In this document: positions 1-15,267 of the stretch, piece by piece | Position numbering within the stretch: position 1 is the stretch's first letter | Layout of the letters: the number at the start of each line of letters is the position of its first letter | Assembly (NCBI GenBank): GCA_951406725.2 | Contig: OX597820.1 | Coordinates: 18,352,001 to 18,416,000, forward strand | Reading direction: 5' to 3' | Length of the DNA: 64,000 bases | Source of the DNA: Octopus vulgaris | Taxonomy: Eukaryota | Program-made: the position numbers and the translations under genes | The notes under the pieces: generated by a model | The model's input: only the letters and a program-made list of their open reading frames with translations | What the model was told of the DNA's origin: nothing | Databases searched by the model: none

Positions 1-62
1 CAACATTTTTTTTAACATACAAATAATTTTTTCATAATGCAATTCTCTCCATTCTCCTTCCT

Positions 63-109
<47 letters not shown>

Positions 110-110
<1 letters not shown>

Positions 111-495
111 CGTAGGAGTGGCTGTGTGATAAGTAGCTTGCTTACCAACCCACATTGTTCTGGATTCAGTCCCACTGTTTGGCATCTTGGGCAAGTGTCT
201 TCTACTATAGCCTCGGGCTGACCAAAGCCTTCTGAGTGGATTTGGTACACGGAAACTGAAAGAAGCCCATTGTATATACGTTTATATATATGTAAATGTT
301 TGTTCGCTCACCACCATCGCTTGACAACCGATTTTGGTGTGTTTACTGTTTACATCCCCATAAACACAGCGGTTTGGCAAAAAGGACCGATAGAATAAAT
401 ACTAGGCTTACAAATAATAAGTCCTGGGGTCAATTTGTTTGACTAAAGGTGTTGCTGCAGCATGGCCACAGTCAAATGAAACAAATAAAAGAATG
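110..495 (+). mobile_element. SINE family A, full length (tRNA-like head, internal microsatellite, ...gactgaaacaa tail)
   Basis: A-box-like tggctgtgtg and B-box-like ggattcagtccc. The body ccttgggcaagtgtcttctactatagcctcggg...ggtgctccagcatggccacagtcaaatgactgaaac recurs >20 times in the window on both strands. Confidence 0.85.
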
Positions 496-500
496 CATGC

Positions 501-544
<44 letters not shown>

Positions 545-688
545 GAATATATATATATGTATATATATATATGTATATATTTCTACACTCTCGGAGTGGT
601 TGGCGTTAGGAAGGGCATCCAGCTGTAGAAACACTGCCAGATCTGACTGGCCTGGTGCAGCCTTCGGGCTTGCCAGACCCCAGTTGAA

Positions 689-1386
689 CAAAATATTACA
701 TTATATAATAAGCCCTAATTATATAATGTAATATTTTGAATTCGCCTTAAATGGTCCTTTTACATACTGAACACTTGGTGAAATTGATTAATTAATTAAT
801 TTTACCCTCAATTGTTGATATTATAATTCATTTCTCTCGGTCATACTGCCTCGGTTCTCGCGGTTAAAATATGATGTTTGCTAGATAGACCACGTGGGTG
901 GAATGGGGAGTGCAGAATTTTACGCCTGCACATTTTGAATTTGTTGACACTGTTTAGTTGGAGTGGTTCATCTGAAGCGACAAGTTCGCTGATAGGTAAA
1001 GTTCCTTCTTTTTAGTGTTTCCAAATCCAAATTAAGAAATTTTGAGCTGACGAAAGAAATGCTGATTTTATTTGGCTAATCTTGAAACGTTGACGTACTC
1101 AAATGATCTATGTACTTGTGATATTTTTCTGTATTTACCCCCAAACCTTCGTGAGCTGTCTGGAGTAAACATTATCTGAGAGAAATTTTCTTTAAGTAGT
1201 AGAAATGCTAAGAAAAATTTTTTTGGCTGCTATTTCTACTAAGTTCAGTATGTGGCAAAGTAATTTATTTTACTAAGCCCTAATTATATAATGTAATATT
1301 TTGAATTCGCTTTAAATGGTCCTTTTACATACTGAACACTTGGTGAAATTGATTAATTAATTAATTTTACCCTCAATTGTTGATAT
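689..1386 (+). mobile_element. Terminally redundant non-coding repeat unit (565-bp period) with hammerhead; retrozyme/Penelope pseudo-LTR-like
   Basis: 113-bp direct repeats at 709-821 and 1274-1386 (1 mismatch); 21-bp 5' inverted repeat 689-709/718-738; HHR at 1041-1103; ends in (TA)n. Confidence 0.7.
1041..1103 (+). ncRNA. Type I hammerhead ribozyme, intact core
   Basis: tttgag-CTGACGA-aaga...tctt-GAAA-cgttgacg-TA-ctcaaa. Stem I is 6 bp, stem II has an internal loop, stem III is near-palindromic ACGT(T)GACGT, cleavage triplet GUA. Confidence 0.8.
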
Positions 1387-1600
<214 letters not shown>

Positions 1601-1602
1601 AT

Positions 1603-1931
1603 ATGGCCCCCGTGTTGGTGGCATGTAAAAACACCATCCGTTCGTGTCCGTTGCCAGCCTCGCCTGGCCCCGTGCCGGTGACACGTAAAAGCACCATCCG
1701 TTCATGGCCGTTTGCCAGCTCTGTCTGGCACCTGTGCGGGTGGCACGTAAAAAGCACCCACTACACTCACGGAGTGGTTGGCGTTAGGAAGGGCATCCAG
1801 CCGTAGAAACACTGCCAGATCTGACTGGGCCTGATGAAGCCTTCCAGCTTCACAGACCCCAGTTGAACCGTCCAACCCATGCTAGCATGGAGAACGGACG
1901 CTAAATGATGATGATGATGATGATGATGATG
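1603..1931 (+). mobile_element. SINE family C (internal ~60-bp tandem units, RTE-like 3' tail, (ATG)n end)
   Basis: gtgccggtggcacgtaaaaagcacc units, then ggcgttaggaagggcatccagc...ccaacccatgctagcatgga...(gat)n. Partial copies at 583-690 and 1972-2088. Confidence 0.8.
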
Positions 1932-2052
1932 ATATATATATGAATATATATATATATATATGTATATATATGACTGGCCTGGTGCAGCCTTCGGGCTCCC
2001 CAGACCCCAGTTGAACCGTCTAACCCATGCTAGCATGGAAAGCGGACATTAA

Positions 2053-2126
<74 letters not shown>

Positions 2127-2159
2127 ACATGTATATATATGTACTTTAGTGTAGTTTTG

Positions 2160-2605
2160 GAGAGTTGGTGTGTTGCCAACTAAAACTGGTGCACCAGTTG
2201 TGTTTCAATTCAGTTTTATTATAAATCAATTATTAGATAACAATGTAATTAAAACCGTAAATTGATTAATCGATTCTCTGATTGTTTATCAAAGTTCTTT
2301 CATCACAGCCAGTGACCTTATCAACGACAATGTATACCTCTGACATACCTGTGCTATCACACACACTTTGTTCTTTACACTTTGCCACAAGCTGCCAAAA
2401 ATGATGACCGTGATAGCATTGTATAGGTATTGGAAGGATACAATGGCGTTGACAAGGTCACTGGCTGTGGTGAAAGGACTCTAACAAAGCAGTCATTCAA
2501 ATTAATTAATTTATTTTTTAATTAATCACTCTTTAATGCATTAATTAGATGAGCTGAAGTGAAATACAACCAATGTGTGCTTTAACTGGGAATGTAACCC
2601 AACTA
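2160..2605. repeat. Decayed ~200-bp inverted repeat (foldback element)
   Basis: ctttcatcacagccagtgaccttatcaacg (~2297) is the near reverse complement of cgttgacaaggtcactggctgtggtgaaag (~2448); similarity extends outwards. Confidence 0.65.
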
Positions 2606-2699
2606 GACTAGAATAATATTTGTTTCAATACATGGTTTCATATGAAGAATCTTGCAAAGCAAATACCAAAAGTGCCTACTTATATTTATCTCACACACA

Positions 2700-2775
<76 letters not shown>

Positions 2776-2831
2776 TACACACACACACACACACACAAAC
2801 ACACAAACATATACGCACATGCATATCCATA

Positions 2832-2862
<31 letters not shown>

Positions 2863-3280
2863 TTTTGCCGCAAAGGCATTTTTCAAATACGCCAGCCAAG
2901 ATAGTTAAAAATTGTCTAAAGTCGTAAGACGCCCGCTGTTTTTGTCCTGCTTACCATTCTTGTTTTTTATTTCTATTTTTTGTTTCTTGTATTTATATTC
3001 GTGTGGCATCCTGTCTTTGTTTCATATACATTCGATCCTCTTTCCAAGAAATCTAATGCCTGTGGCTTAGTTTTTCCTTGGGGCTGGTTGGTTCGGAGTG
3101 ATATCGAGATTAAACAGCCGAAATTGCTAAGATGATCCGGTTCCGACTGAAGATTAGAGGCTTCGAGTAACACGTCTGTTTTTTTTTATGTCATCTCTTT
3201 GTGTGTTTTTGCGTTCTTGTCCCACTTTGTAATTTATATTTTATATTTAATTTCTATACATATATATATATACATATACT

Positions 3281-3496
3281 TTATTAAAAAGCACCAAAAA
3301 ATGACATTAAAATGTTACTCAGAGTTTCATGTTCCTGTTTATCAGACAGTTTTGTTTAGAAAACAAAACGGGAATGTGAAACTCTGAGTAACGGTTTTTG
3401 TGATATTTTTGCTGCTTTTTAATGAAGCATATTACTCTACCTCTGGTATTCGAGTACTATTTTTTCCACCTTGTTTTGCATTTGTGTGCCTACTCT

Positions 3497-3500
<4 letters not shown>
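3281..3500. mobile_element. Foldback repeat with degenerate hammerhead (minus strand 3309-3353)
   Basis: Arms 3281-3336/3368-3426. Minus strand reads aaaactgt-CTGATAA-acaggaacat-GAAA-ctctgag-TA-acatttt. The same 3' tail recurs at ~59530-59630. Confidence 0.6.
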
Positions 3501-3550
<50 letters not shown>

Positions 3551-3706
3551 ATCCAAACAAGAAAACACAAAAAAACACAGCAACGCGAGGACGTGGAACA
3601 AATAAAGTATTATTGGACGTTTCGAGTGGAGCTCTTTGTCGGAAACAAAGGAGAAGGAAAGATCCCGAGAAGGGAAGACAGAGGAAAAAAAATTGCTGAT
3701 GATGGG

Positions 3707-3859
3707 CCTCATTCAGTTTCCATCTGCCAAATCCACTCACAAGGCTTTGGTCAGCCTGAGGCTATAGTAGAAGACACTTGCCCAAAGTGCCAAGCAGTGG
3801 GACTGAACCCGGAACCATGTGATCGGTAAGGAAGCTACTTAACACACAGCCACTCCTGC
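3707..3859 (-). mobile_element. SINE family A head
   Basis: Reverse complement of the family A 5' region. Confidence 0.8.
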
Positions 3860-4359
3860 TATGATAGTGTCCATGATATTTTTGCTTTAGTTTCCAATAT
3901 CTGACTTATATGAGCTGATTGACTGAATTGATAGGTGGTATGGCGTTTGGTTTATGGTCTTCTAGAGTGAAATATAATCTATGTTTGCGAATGTGTATGC
4001 ATGCGTGTCTCTGTAAATGTTTACATTCTGCGCCTTGCATGTAAAAAAAGGGCTGAGGTTCAGTATTGCTTGCTGCCAATTCCCTGAACACAAATCATCC
4101 ACTACCTGTGTTCTTTGAAACACAACTGGAATGAAAAATCCCTTATATGAAAAAAAAGCCCTTACAGGTAAGGGTTAGTGACAAGAAAGATGTTTGGATG
4201 TCAAATAATGTCACAATAATATGGATTCATCTAACTAATGCTAGCATGGGGGAAAAAAATGGATGCAGAATAAATTAACAAATAAATAAGTGTGTATCTA
4301 TCTATCTGTCCATCTGTCTATCGTCTATTTATCTGTTTACTCCACTCTCTTTCTCTCCC

Positions 4360-4423
<64 letters not shown>

Positions 4424-4642
4424 CATACATACATAGATTATAGATAGATAGATATAGATAGGTAATATACATATATACAAATATATATATATATATATAT
4501 ATATGAATATATATATACATATATATATATATGCATAAACAATATATATATACATATATATATATACATATATATATGTATATACAATATATATAGATAT
4601 ATATATATATACATACATATATACATATACATATATATATAC

Positions 4643-4673
<31 letters not shown>

Positions 4674-5599
4674 CATATATATATACATATATATATGTAT
4701 ATACAATATATATATGTGTATATATATATAGTGATAGATAGATAGATAGATAGATAGATAGACAGATAGAGATATATATATATACATTTATATATATGTG
4801 TACACATGCATGTATGCATATTTACACAGAGACATAAATGCACACATCAATAGTAAACATATACATATATGCTACTTCTCTGTCCATTTACACAGACACA
4901 TATTAATAGTCATACATACACACATGCAAGTATTCATGCATATATGCATATGTTTGTGTGTGCAAGTGCATGTGTGAATGTGCATGTGCGTATGTGCACG
5001 TGCATGTGTTTGTGTAGGTGTGCATGCATTAACTTTAAATATATCAGTGATATTCCTGGCATTAGGACGGGCATCCATCCATTAAGTCAGAAATATCAGT
5101 TACAGATGGAATAAATAATGTTCACACATCTTTGTAAAATGTGTATAATGGTAAATGAAGCCATGCGCATCTGCGTAACCTATGCAAGCATGAAGAACAA
5201 ACATTAACTAAAATGATGGTGATGATAACATAATAGACATCACCGGTTTTAAGTGACTACTTCTGCATGTGTAGTTATATGGTTGTGTATGTGCTTCCAT
5301 AAGCTTTCATAATTTGTGTATGTGCTTCCATAAGCTTTCATAATTTGTGTATGTCTCCACATAAAGCTTTATCTGCATATGTGGGCAGAGGGGTGGCTGT
5401 GTGGTAGATAAGCTTGCAATCAAACCACTTGGTCTCGGGTTCAATCCCACTGTGTGCTTCATTGGGTGTGTTCTACTATAGCACCGGACTGACCAAAGAT
5501 TTGAAAGTCGATTATGGTAGGCCCTGTTTATTGTGGTAAAGCTTTCTAAAAATCCTCTTGTAACCAATGCCATCTTAAATCATATGTGCACTGGGCAGC

Positions 5600-7143
5600 T
5601 ATTTCTCTATGTTTGGTTTGAATTTGAGGGGGCCTAAAGGGGGCAGAACCTCACCACCCCATGAGAATTCATAAATTTCCAATGTTGATGAAATTCCAAC
5701 CATAAGTAATTGACATAAATCAAGAAGTATTCCCAAAGTTTCGGCTTCTCCTGAGGATTCTAAGACCCTGCTAATGGGGGCCTTAACTCCTAAATTTGAG
5801 TCACTTTTTTTTATGACTGAATGGATCTTTATGAAATTTGGAAATTATATTCTATGCATAAGGGCGGATGTAATGCAGTATATGTTTGAAAGTGAGGGGG
5901 CATAAATCAGGCCATAACCCCCTTGAAAATTCATATATTTTTGCTGTTGATGAAATTTTAACCATGGATATTAGACACAAATGAAGTAATATTCCTAAAA
6001 TTTCAACTTCTTAGGAGGTTAGTAAGACACCTTAATGGGGGCTTAACCCCCACAATTTAGTCATTTTTCCAAAGCCAAGATGAATACAATTGTAGTCTTG
6101 AAAGCTGTAGAGTCACTTGAGGATACAAGATTAGCATTATTTGTAATTCAATGGTACAATAGTGTAATAATAGTTTGCTTTGAGATATACTTAGATTGTG
6201 ATTTTTGCAATGTGATGCATAAAATGTCAAGTAAAGAAAAGGCATCTTTGCCTTCACTGATTCAGTTGCAGAGAGTTATTTTGAGTAAAGTTATTTGGTT
6301 GCAGACCTCCTTTGAGTCTTTTTATTATCACTCAGTCAGAGATAGTCCCCAGATGGTAACATTGATTTCAAGGCCTTTCCAGAAAAGTGATTCAAAAGTC
6401 ATTCAAAGAGATTTATAGATTGCAAATTTATTCTATTCATTTACCTATCGGCATAGTGATCATTGGCAAACTCCAGAGGTGACACTTTCACTTTCCCTTA
6501 GCCCTCACGTCACACAGTCCTTAATGTGTATTTGAGTTAGGTCATGCCCTTCCAATTGCTATAGAACCGTAATGCATCTTACGGCTGTACCCATCACCTG
6601 TTTGGTAAGGAATCCTACATTGGGGAGTGATAACAACTAGGGTAGGGTAGCTGACTGCTTATTGTGATCATTCATCTTTTGGTTTCCTCTAGCTTTGCTC
6701 TCTTTTACAAACCCAGTGAACATTCAAATATTTCCGATTTCAAAGAAATTTGAACAATAGATATAAGACACAAGTTAAAAAAGATTCCCCAAAATTCAAC
6801 TTCTCTGGTTGACTTTAAGGCCCACCCCCCTAATAGGGGCCTTAACTCCCACATTTTAGAGTTCCATGTGATCCATTTTTCAGGAGCAAAAACTTTTGAA
6901 TGGGTTTTATAAGATTTGCATTTTGGAACCTGGGCATAAAGATGAGTAGTATGGGATAAATATGTCATGATTAGAATTTTTGTTAGGGTGTGTAAAGAGG
7001 GAATGAACCCCCATTAAAATTCTTAATCTCTAATTTTGATGAAATTCAAATCATAGGTATTCCAATTCATTAGAGAAAATATAAAAGAAAAGTCTAATTC
7101 TTCAATTCCATGTGACACGGGCAATGTCAGGTATCTCTGCTAG
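5600..7143 (+). mobile_element. Helitron-like non-autonomous element with internal subrepeats (5' boundary uncertain)
   Basis: 3' end acgggcaatgtcaggtatctctgCTAG|t resembles the Helitron end at 29391. Internal motifs gggg(c)cttaac and gatgaaatt each recur ~3 times. Confidence 0.5.
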
Positions 7144-7180
<37 letters not shown>

Positions 7181-7196
7181 GTGTGTGTGTGTGTGG

Positions 7197-7505
7197 AGGT
7201 GCAATGGCTGAGTGGTTAGGGCAGTGGAATCATGGTCGTTGGATTGCGGTTTTGATTCCGAGACCAGGCATTATGAGTGTTTATCGAGCGAAAAACCTAA
7301 AAGCTCCACGAGGCTCTGGCAGGGGTTGGTGGTGATCCCTGCAGTACTCTTTCACCACAACTTTCTCTCACTGTTCTGTCTGTTGGCCTGCTCGCTTAGC
7401 CAGCGAGGTGGCATCATTTGAAGGCTAAAACAATGCGAAGCGCATTGTGACCAGCGATGTGTAACAACATCTGATAGCCTGGTCGGTCACGGTGATCACA
7501 GTGAT
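7197..7505 (+). mobile_element. SINE family B (tRNA-derived head, ...ggtcacgtgatcac tail)
   Basis: tggctgagtggttagg A-box and ggttttgattcc B-box; full second copy at 11828-12122 on the minus strand. Confidence 0.8.
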
Positions 7506-7868
7506 ATATATTATGTAGGTAGGAAATAAATCTGAACTGTGACCTCCTGAAGCTCATCTGATTATTCCAGTATTTCAATCCAGGTTGTAGTTGTTGCCGT
7601 TGTTATATTAATGTGAGAGACATATTACTTGAAAATTCAAGAAATATTGTTTGCATAAATATTATATAACAAAAGAAGGAATCTCGAAAATGTTTTGGTA
7701 TCGTTTATTCACCATTACACATGTTTATTCTACACATTACAATTGTGTAACTCCTATTAGCAAATGAAACACATGTAATGATGAATAAATAATACCAGAA
7801 AATTTTCCAGATTCCTGTTTTCTTATAGAATAAATCAACAAACAATATTTCATTGAACGTTTGAGTAG

Positions 7869-7919
7869 TCACTACTGATGAGCCCACAACTGACAGGTGA
7901 GACTAGCCTAGTCTAGTGA
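7869..7919 (+). ncRNA. Type I hammerhead, one core substitution
   Basis: tcacta-CTGATGA-gcc...ggt-GAGA(for GAAA)-ctagcctag-TC-tagtga. Confidence 0.65.
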
Positions 7920-8090
7920 TACTTGAGATGCTCATAGGGTGGTTACTTTTCCTCTCAGTGTATATATATTGTGTACTTCTTACAGCATTAAGACGTTTTA
8001 ACTCTTATTTCTTGCCTTGGCACTCTCAATCAGAATTAGCGATGATAAAATTTTTCCTTCATGGTATTATATTGTACCTAGCCAGTAATA

Positions 8091-8370
<280 letters not shown>

Positions 8371-8786
8371 GATTATATGAAAAAGGAGTAAAACACAAGA
8401 TATAAAATCATGCACCAGATTGTCCCTCAATAATTCAGAAATGGCTGAACATGAATATTTTACAATAGAATTTGCAAAGAAACTTTTACTTAATAGACGA
8501 AAAATATAAAAGATACTTTTCACTATTTATATCTCCATGCTTTGCTATCAATAGCAAGGTACACAAAAATTATTGCAGCAACAATGTTTCTTTTAGATAT
8601 ACATAAATATGTATACATATATACATACATGCATACATACATACATGCATACATACATATATATATACATGTCTATATAAATACATACATACATATATAT
8701 ATATGCATACATACCTATATGCATATAAATATACATAGATACAAACATACATACACATATATATATATTTTTATAAATATATTTGC

Positions 8787-8845
<59 letters not shown>

Positions 8846-8869
8846 TACACACACACACATACACACATA

Positions 8870-11827
<2,958 letters not shown>

Positions 11828-11830
<3 letters not shown>

Positions 11831-12122
11831 ACGTGATCACGTGACCGACCAGACCATCAGATGTTGTTACACATCGCTGGTCACAATGCATTCACTGGTC
11901 ACATTGTTTTAGCCTTCGAATGATGCGAGCAGGCCAACAGAAGAAAGAGTGGGAAAAAGTGTGGTGAAAGAGTACAGCAGGGATCACCACCCCCTGCCGG
12001 AGCCTCGTGGAGCTTTTTAGGTGTTTTGCTCAATAAACACTCACAACGCCCGGTCTGGGAATCGAAACTGCGATCCTATGACCGCAAGTCTGCTGCCCTA
12101 ACCACTGGGCCATTGCGCCTCC
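11828..12122 (-). mobile_element. SINE family B with 11-bp TSD
   Basis: atatcaaatat at 11819-11829 and 12123-12133. Confidence 0.85.
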
Positions 12123-12207
12123 ATATCAAATATACGTAATATATATATTATATATTATATTATACATGTATATATATACACATATGTATATATAATATAT
12201 GTGTTTG

Positions 12208-12243
<36 letters not shown>

Positions 12244-12276
12244 ACATATAGTATATGTATATTATATGTTATATAA

Positions 12277-12642
12277 GCACAGGAGTGGTTGTGTGGTAAT
12301 GGGCTTGCTTACTAACCACCGGGTTCTGGGTTCAGTCCCAAGGTGTGGCACCTTGGGCTAGTGTCTTGTACTATAGCCTCAGTCCAACTAAAGCCTTGTA
12401 GATGGAAACTAGTTGTGGTCGCTGCTGGTGTCACATAAATGGTATCCATGCCAGTGGCATGCAAAAGCACCCATTACACTCCTGGAGTGGTTGGTGTTAA
12501 GAAGGGCATCCAGCTGTAGAAATTATACCAAATCAGACTGGAACCTGGTGCAGCTCTTTGACTCATTAGCTCCAGTTGAACTGTTTAACCCCTGCCAGTG
12601 TGGAGTGTGGATGTTGAATGATGATCATGATGATGATGATGA
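12277..12642 (+). mobile_element. Family A head joined to family C body and tail
   Basis: gcacaggagtggttgtgtggtaa..., then tggcatgcaaaagcacccattacactc...(gat)n. Confidence 0.65.
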
Positions 12643-12654
12643 TAAATATATATA

Positions 12655-13032
12655 TTCTTTTATTCTTTGATTTGTTTCAGCCATTTGACTGTGGCCATGC
12701 TGAAGCACCACCTACAGTCAAACAAATTGACTCCAGCACTTACTCTTTGTAAACCTAGTACTTATTCTATCAGTCTCCTTTGCCGAACTGCTAAGTTACA
12801 GGGGACATAAGCACACCAACATCAGTTGTCAAGCGACGGTGGGAGGACAAAGACAGATACACAAACATACACATGCACACACACACACACACACATAAAC
12901 GGGCTTCTTTCAGTTTCCTTCAACCAAATCCACTTATAAGGCTTTGGTTGGCCTGAGACTATAGTAGAAGACATTTGGCCTTACCAACCATGTGGTTGGT
13001 AAGCAAACTACTTACCACACAGCCACTCCTGC
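12655..13032 (-). mobile_element. SINE family A
   Basis: Reverse complement of the family A consensus. Confidence 0.85.
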
Positions 13033-13288
13033 ATCTATATATATATATATATATATATATATGTAGGTATAAGTTAGAGGTGTTTAAAACCAAAGGTGCT
13101 CCTGGTGATTACCTGCGTAGGTACAGTATTTGGTAAAAGGTATACAGTAGCAGGTAATTCAGCAAAAATATAAAAAAAAACTTAAAAATAAAAATAATAC
13201 AAAAGAAAAAAATATAACAGGAAGAAGTTGGTCGTTTGCACTAGTAAGCCATTAATTTAATTAATTAATAAAGAAATGGTAGTAATAG

Positions 13289-13344
13289 TACATTTATGAT
13301 TGTTTCTGTTTACCAGTTGTAGTGGTAGACATCATCAGAATGCA
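13289..13344 (-). ncRNA. Type I hammerhead (CpG-decayed stem III)
   Basis: tgcatt-CTGATGA-tgtctacca..tggtaaaca-GAAA-caatca-TA-aatgta. Confidence 0.6.
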
Positions 13345-13391
13345 TAGTTATATGTAGAGGTAAGAAGAGCGAAAGACATAGGGATACAGTA

Positions 13392-13437
<46 letters not shown>

Positions 13438-13441
<4 letters not shown>

Positions 13442-13692
13442 TGCATCGACAACAGATTGCATTCCCAGAATACAGAACGATACCTTTTAGTGAACACATT
13501 GAAAAATGCGCAAAGCAACTACTACCACAATTTTTAATCTTTCCATTTTACCAATGTGCTATCGGATCATCAACACAAATTAGACTAAACAAGGAAACAT
13601 TCTTCATTGAAAAGTACAAGCCCAGACTTAACCATGCCAACATACTGATACAGAGAAATTCACACCAAGGGAAAGGAAAAAAATTTTTTTAA
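13438..13692 (+). pseudogene. C-terminus of Penelope-like retroelement GIY-YIG endonuclease (5'-truncated)
   Basis: Translates TLHRQQIAFPEYRTIPFSEHIEKCAKQLLPQFLIFPFYQCAIGSSTQIRLNKETFFIEKYKPRLN...*, matching the HRQQI / S.HI..C / R..KE..FI....P.LN pattern of PLE GIY-YIG ends. Confidence 0.75.
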
Positions 13693-13808
13693 ATTTTAAG
13701 CGATTATCTCCCTTACACCAGAAGAAATCACTTATTACCTCCCCTTATTTAGAACTCTTTTAAACATAAACATAAAGATAACTCTGTTCAAGATAAACAT
13801 AACGTCGT

Positions 13809-13847
13809 AAGAAATTTGAAAAGCTAAACGCGAAACTGGTCTTTCTT
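13809..13847 (+). ncRNA. Hammerhead-like motif with U3-A8 covariant core in the PLE 3' region
   Basis: aagaaa-t-TTGAAAA-gctaaacgc-GAAA-ctgg-TC-tttctt. Confidence 0.5.
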
Positions 13848-14011
13848 CAAAACTATGTCATTATAAGAAAAATTTTTGAATATTCTTCAGACATATTGAC
13901 GCAAATATATATATTTTTTAACCTTTAAGCCTTCTGTAGTTTTTTTCACTTTTTATTTTTCTATATATATATATATATATATACATACATATATACCTCT
14001 ACATATAACTA

Positions 14012-14068
14012 TGCATTCTGATGATGTCTGCCAATACAACTGGTAAACAGAAACGATCATTAAGTGTA
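14012..14068 (+). ncRNA. Type I hammerhead, inverted partner of 13289-13344
   Basis: tgcatt-CTGATGA-tgtctgcca..tggtaaaca-GAAA-cgatcat-TA-agtgta. Confidence 0.55.
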
Positions 14069-14368
14069 CTATTACTACCACTTTTCTTTATTAATTAATT
14101 AACTTAATGGCATACTACCGCAAACGACCAATTTTTCCTGCATATATATTTCATCCATCTCCATTTTCTTCTTCATGCTATATAGTTAGTATATGATGAG
14201 TCCAGTCAATCTGTTTATGTTTCTACAGCTGGATGCCTTCCTAACCCCTCACGAGTGTAGTGGGTGTTATGTGCCACTGACACAGGTCAGACGAGGCTGG
14301 CAAACGGCCACGCTCGGATGTTTTTATGCCACCGACACAGGTGCGACAAGGCTGCAGACGGCCACGCT

Positions 14369-14406
<38 letters not shown>

Positions 14407-15008
14407 TATCTTTCTGTTACGTCCATCAAATCTACTCATTAGTTTTTGATCCATGAAACCGGTACCATGTGGTTGGGAAGCAAGCATCTTACCACACAGC
14501 CATGGCTACACCTGTGTAAAAGAATGTAGAATTGTCTAGCTTTAAATATAGGAGTGATTTCTAAAAGTTGACCTAACAAACCTCATCAATTGGTTGAGTC
14601 TAAGGAAACAAGTGAGGCGTGAAATAGAGACAAATAAACATGACAACAAAAATACAGAAAAATATAAAAAAAAACTTAAAAATAAAAATAATACAAAAGA
14701 AAAAAACAGTCATTACAAAAACACATTAGAATATATAGACATTTACATACTACTGCAGAAATATACATATAAATACATACGGGTGTGTGTGTGTGTGTGC
14801 GTGCATGTATGCATATGATTGTATATAATGTACATAAATAAATGTATATGTATATATGGATACAAGGACACATTCAAACAAAGAAATATTTATATATATA
14901 TGTATATATATAGATATATATATATACATATATAGATGTATATATATATATATATATATATACATATATATATACATATATATGTATACATATATATATG
15001 TATATATG

Positions 15009-15046
<38 letters not shown>

Positions 15047-15267
15047 TAGAGGCACACACACACGCGCATAGCACAAACGCTTACACAAATATATGCACAT
15101 TGAAACTTCTTTGTACATACACGTGATGAAAAACAAACACACATACTGAAAGACACACACACACATACATACATACAAACATACTCCTGTCTATATACAT
15201 ACACACATACATGTATACCTATACACTGAAAAAAGAACACACACACACTGATCTGTCTATTTGAGTA

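Noticed and set aside
7197-7270. tRNA gene calls for SINE heads
   Set aside because: Cloverleaf does not close and the heads continue into SINE bodies
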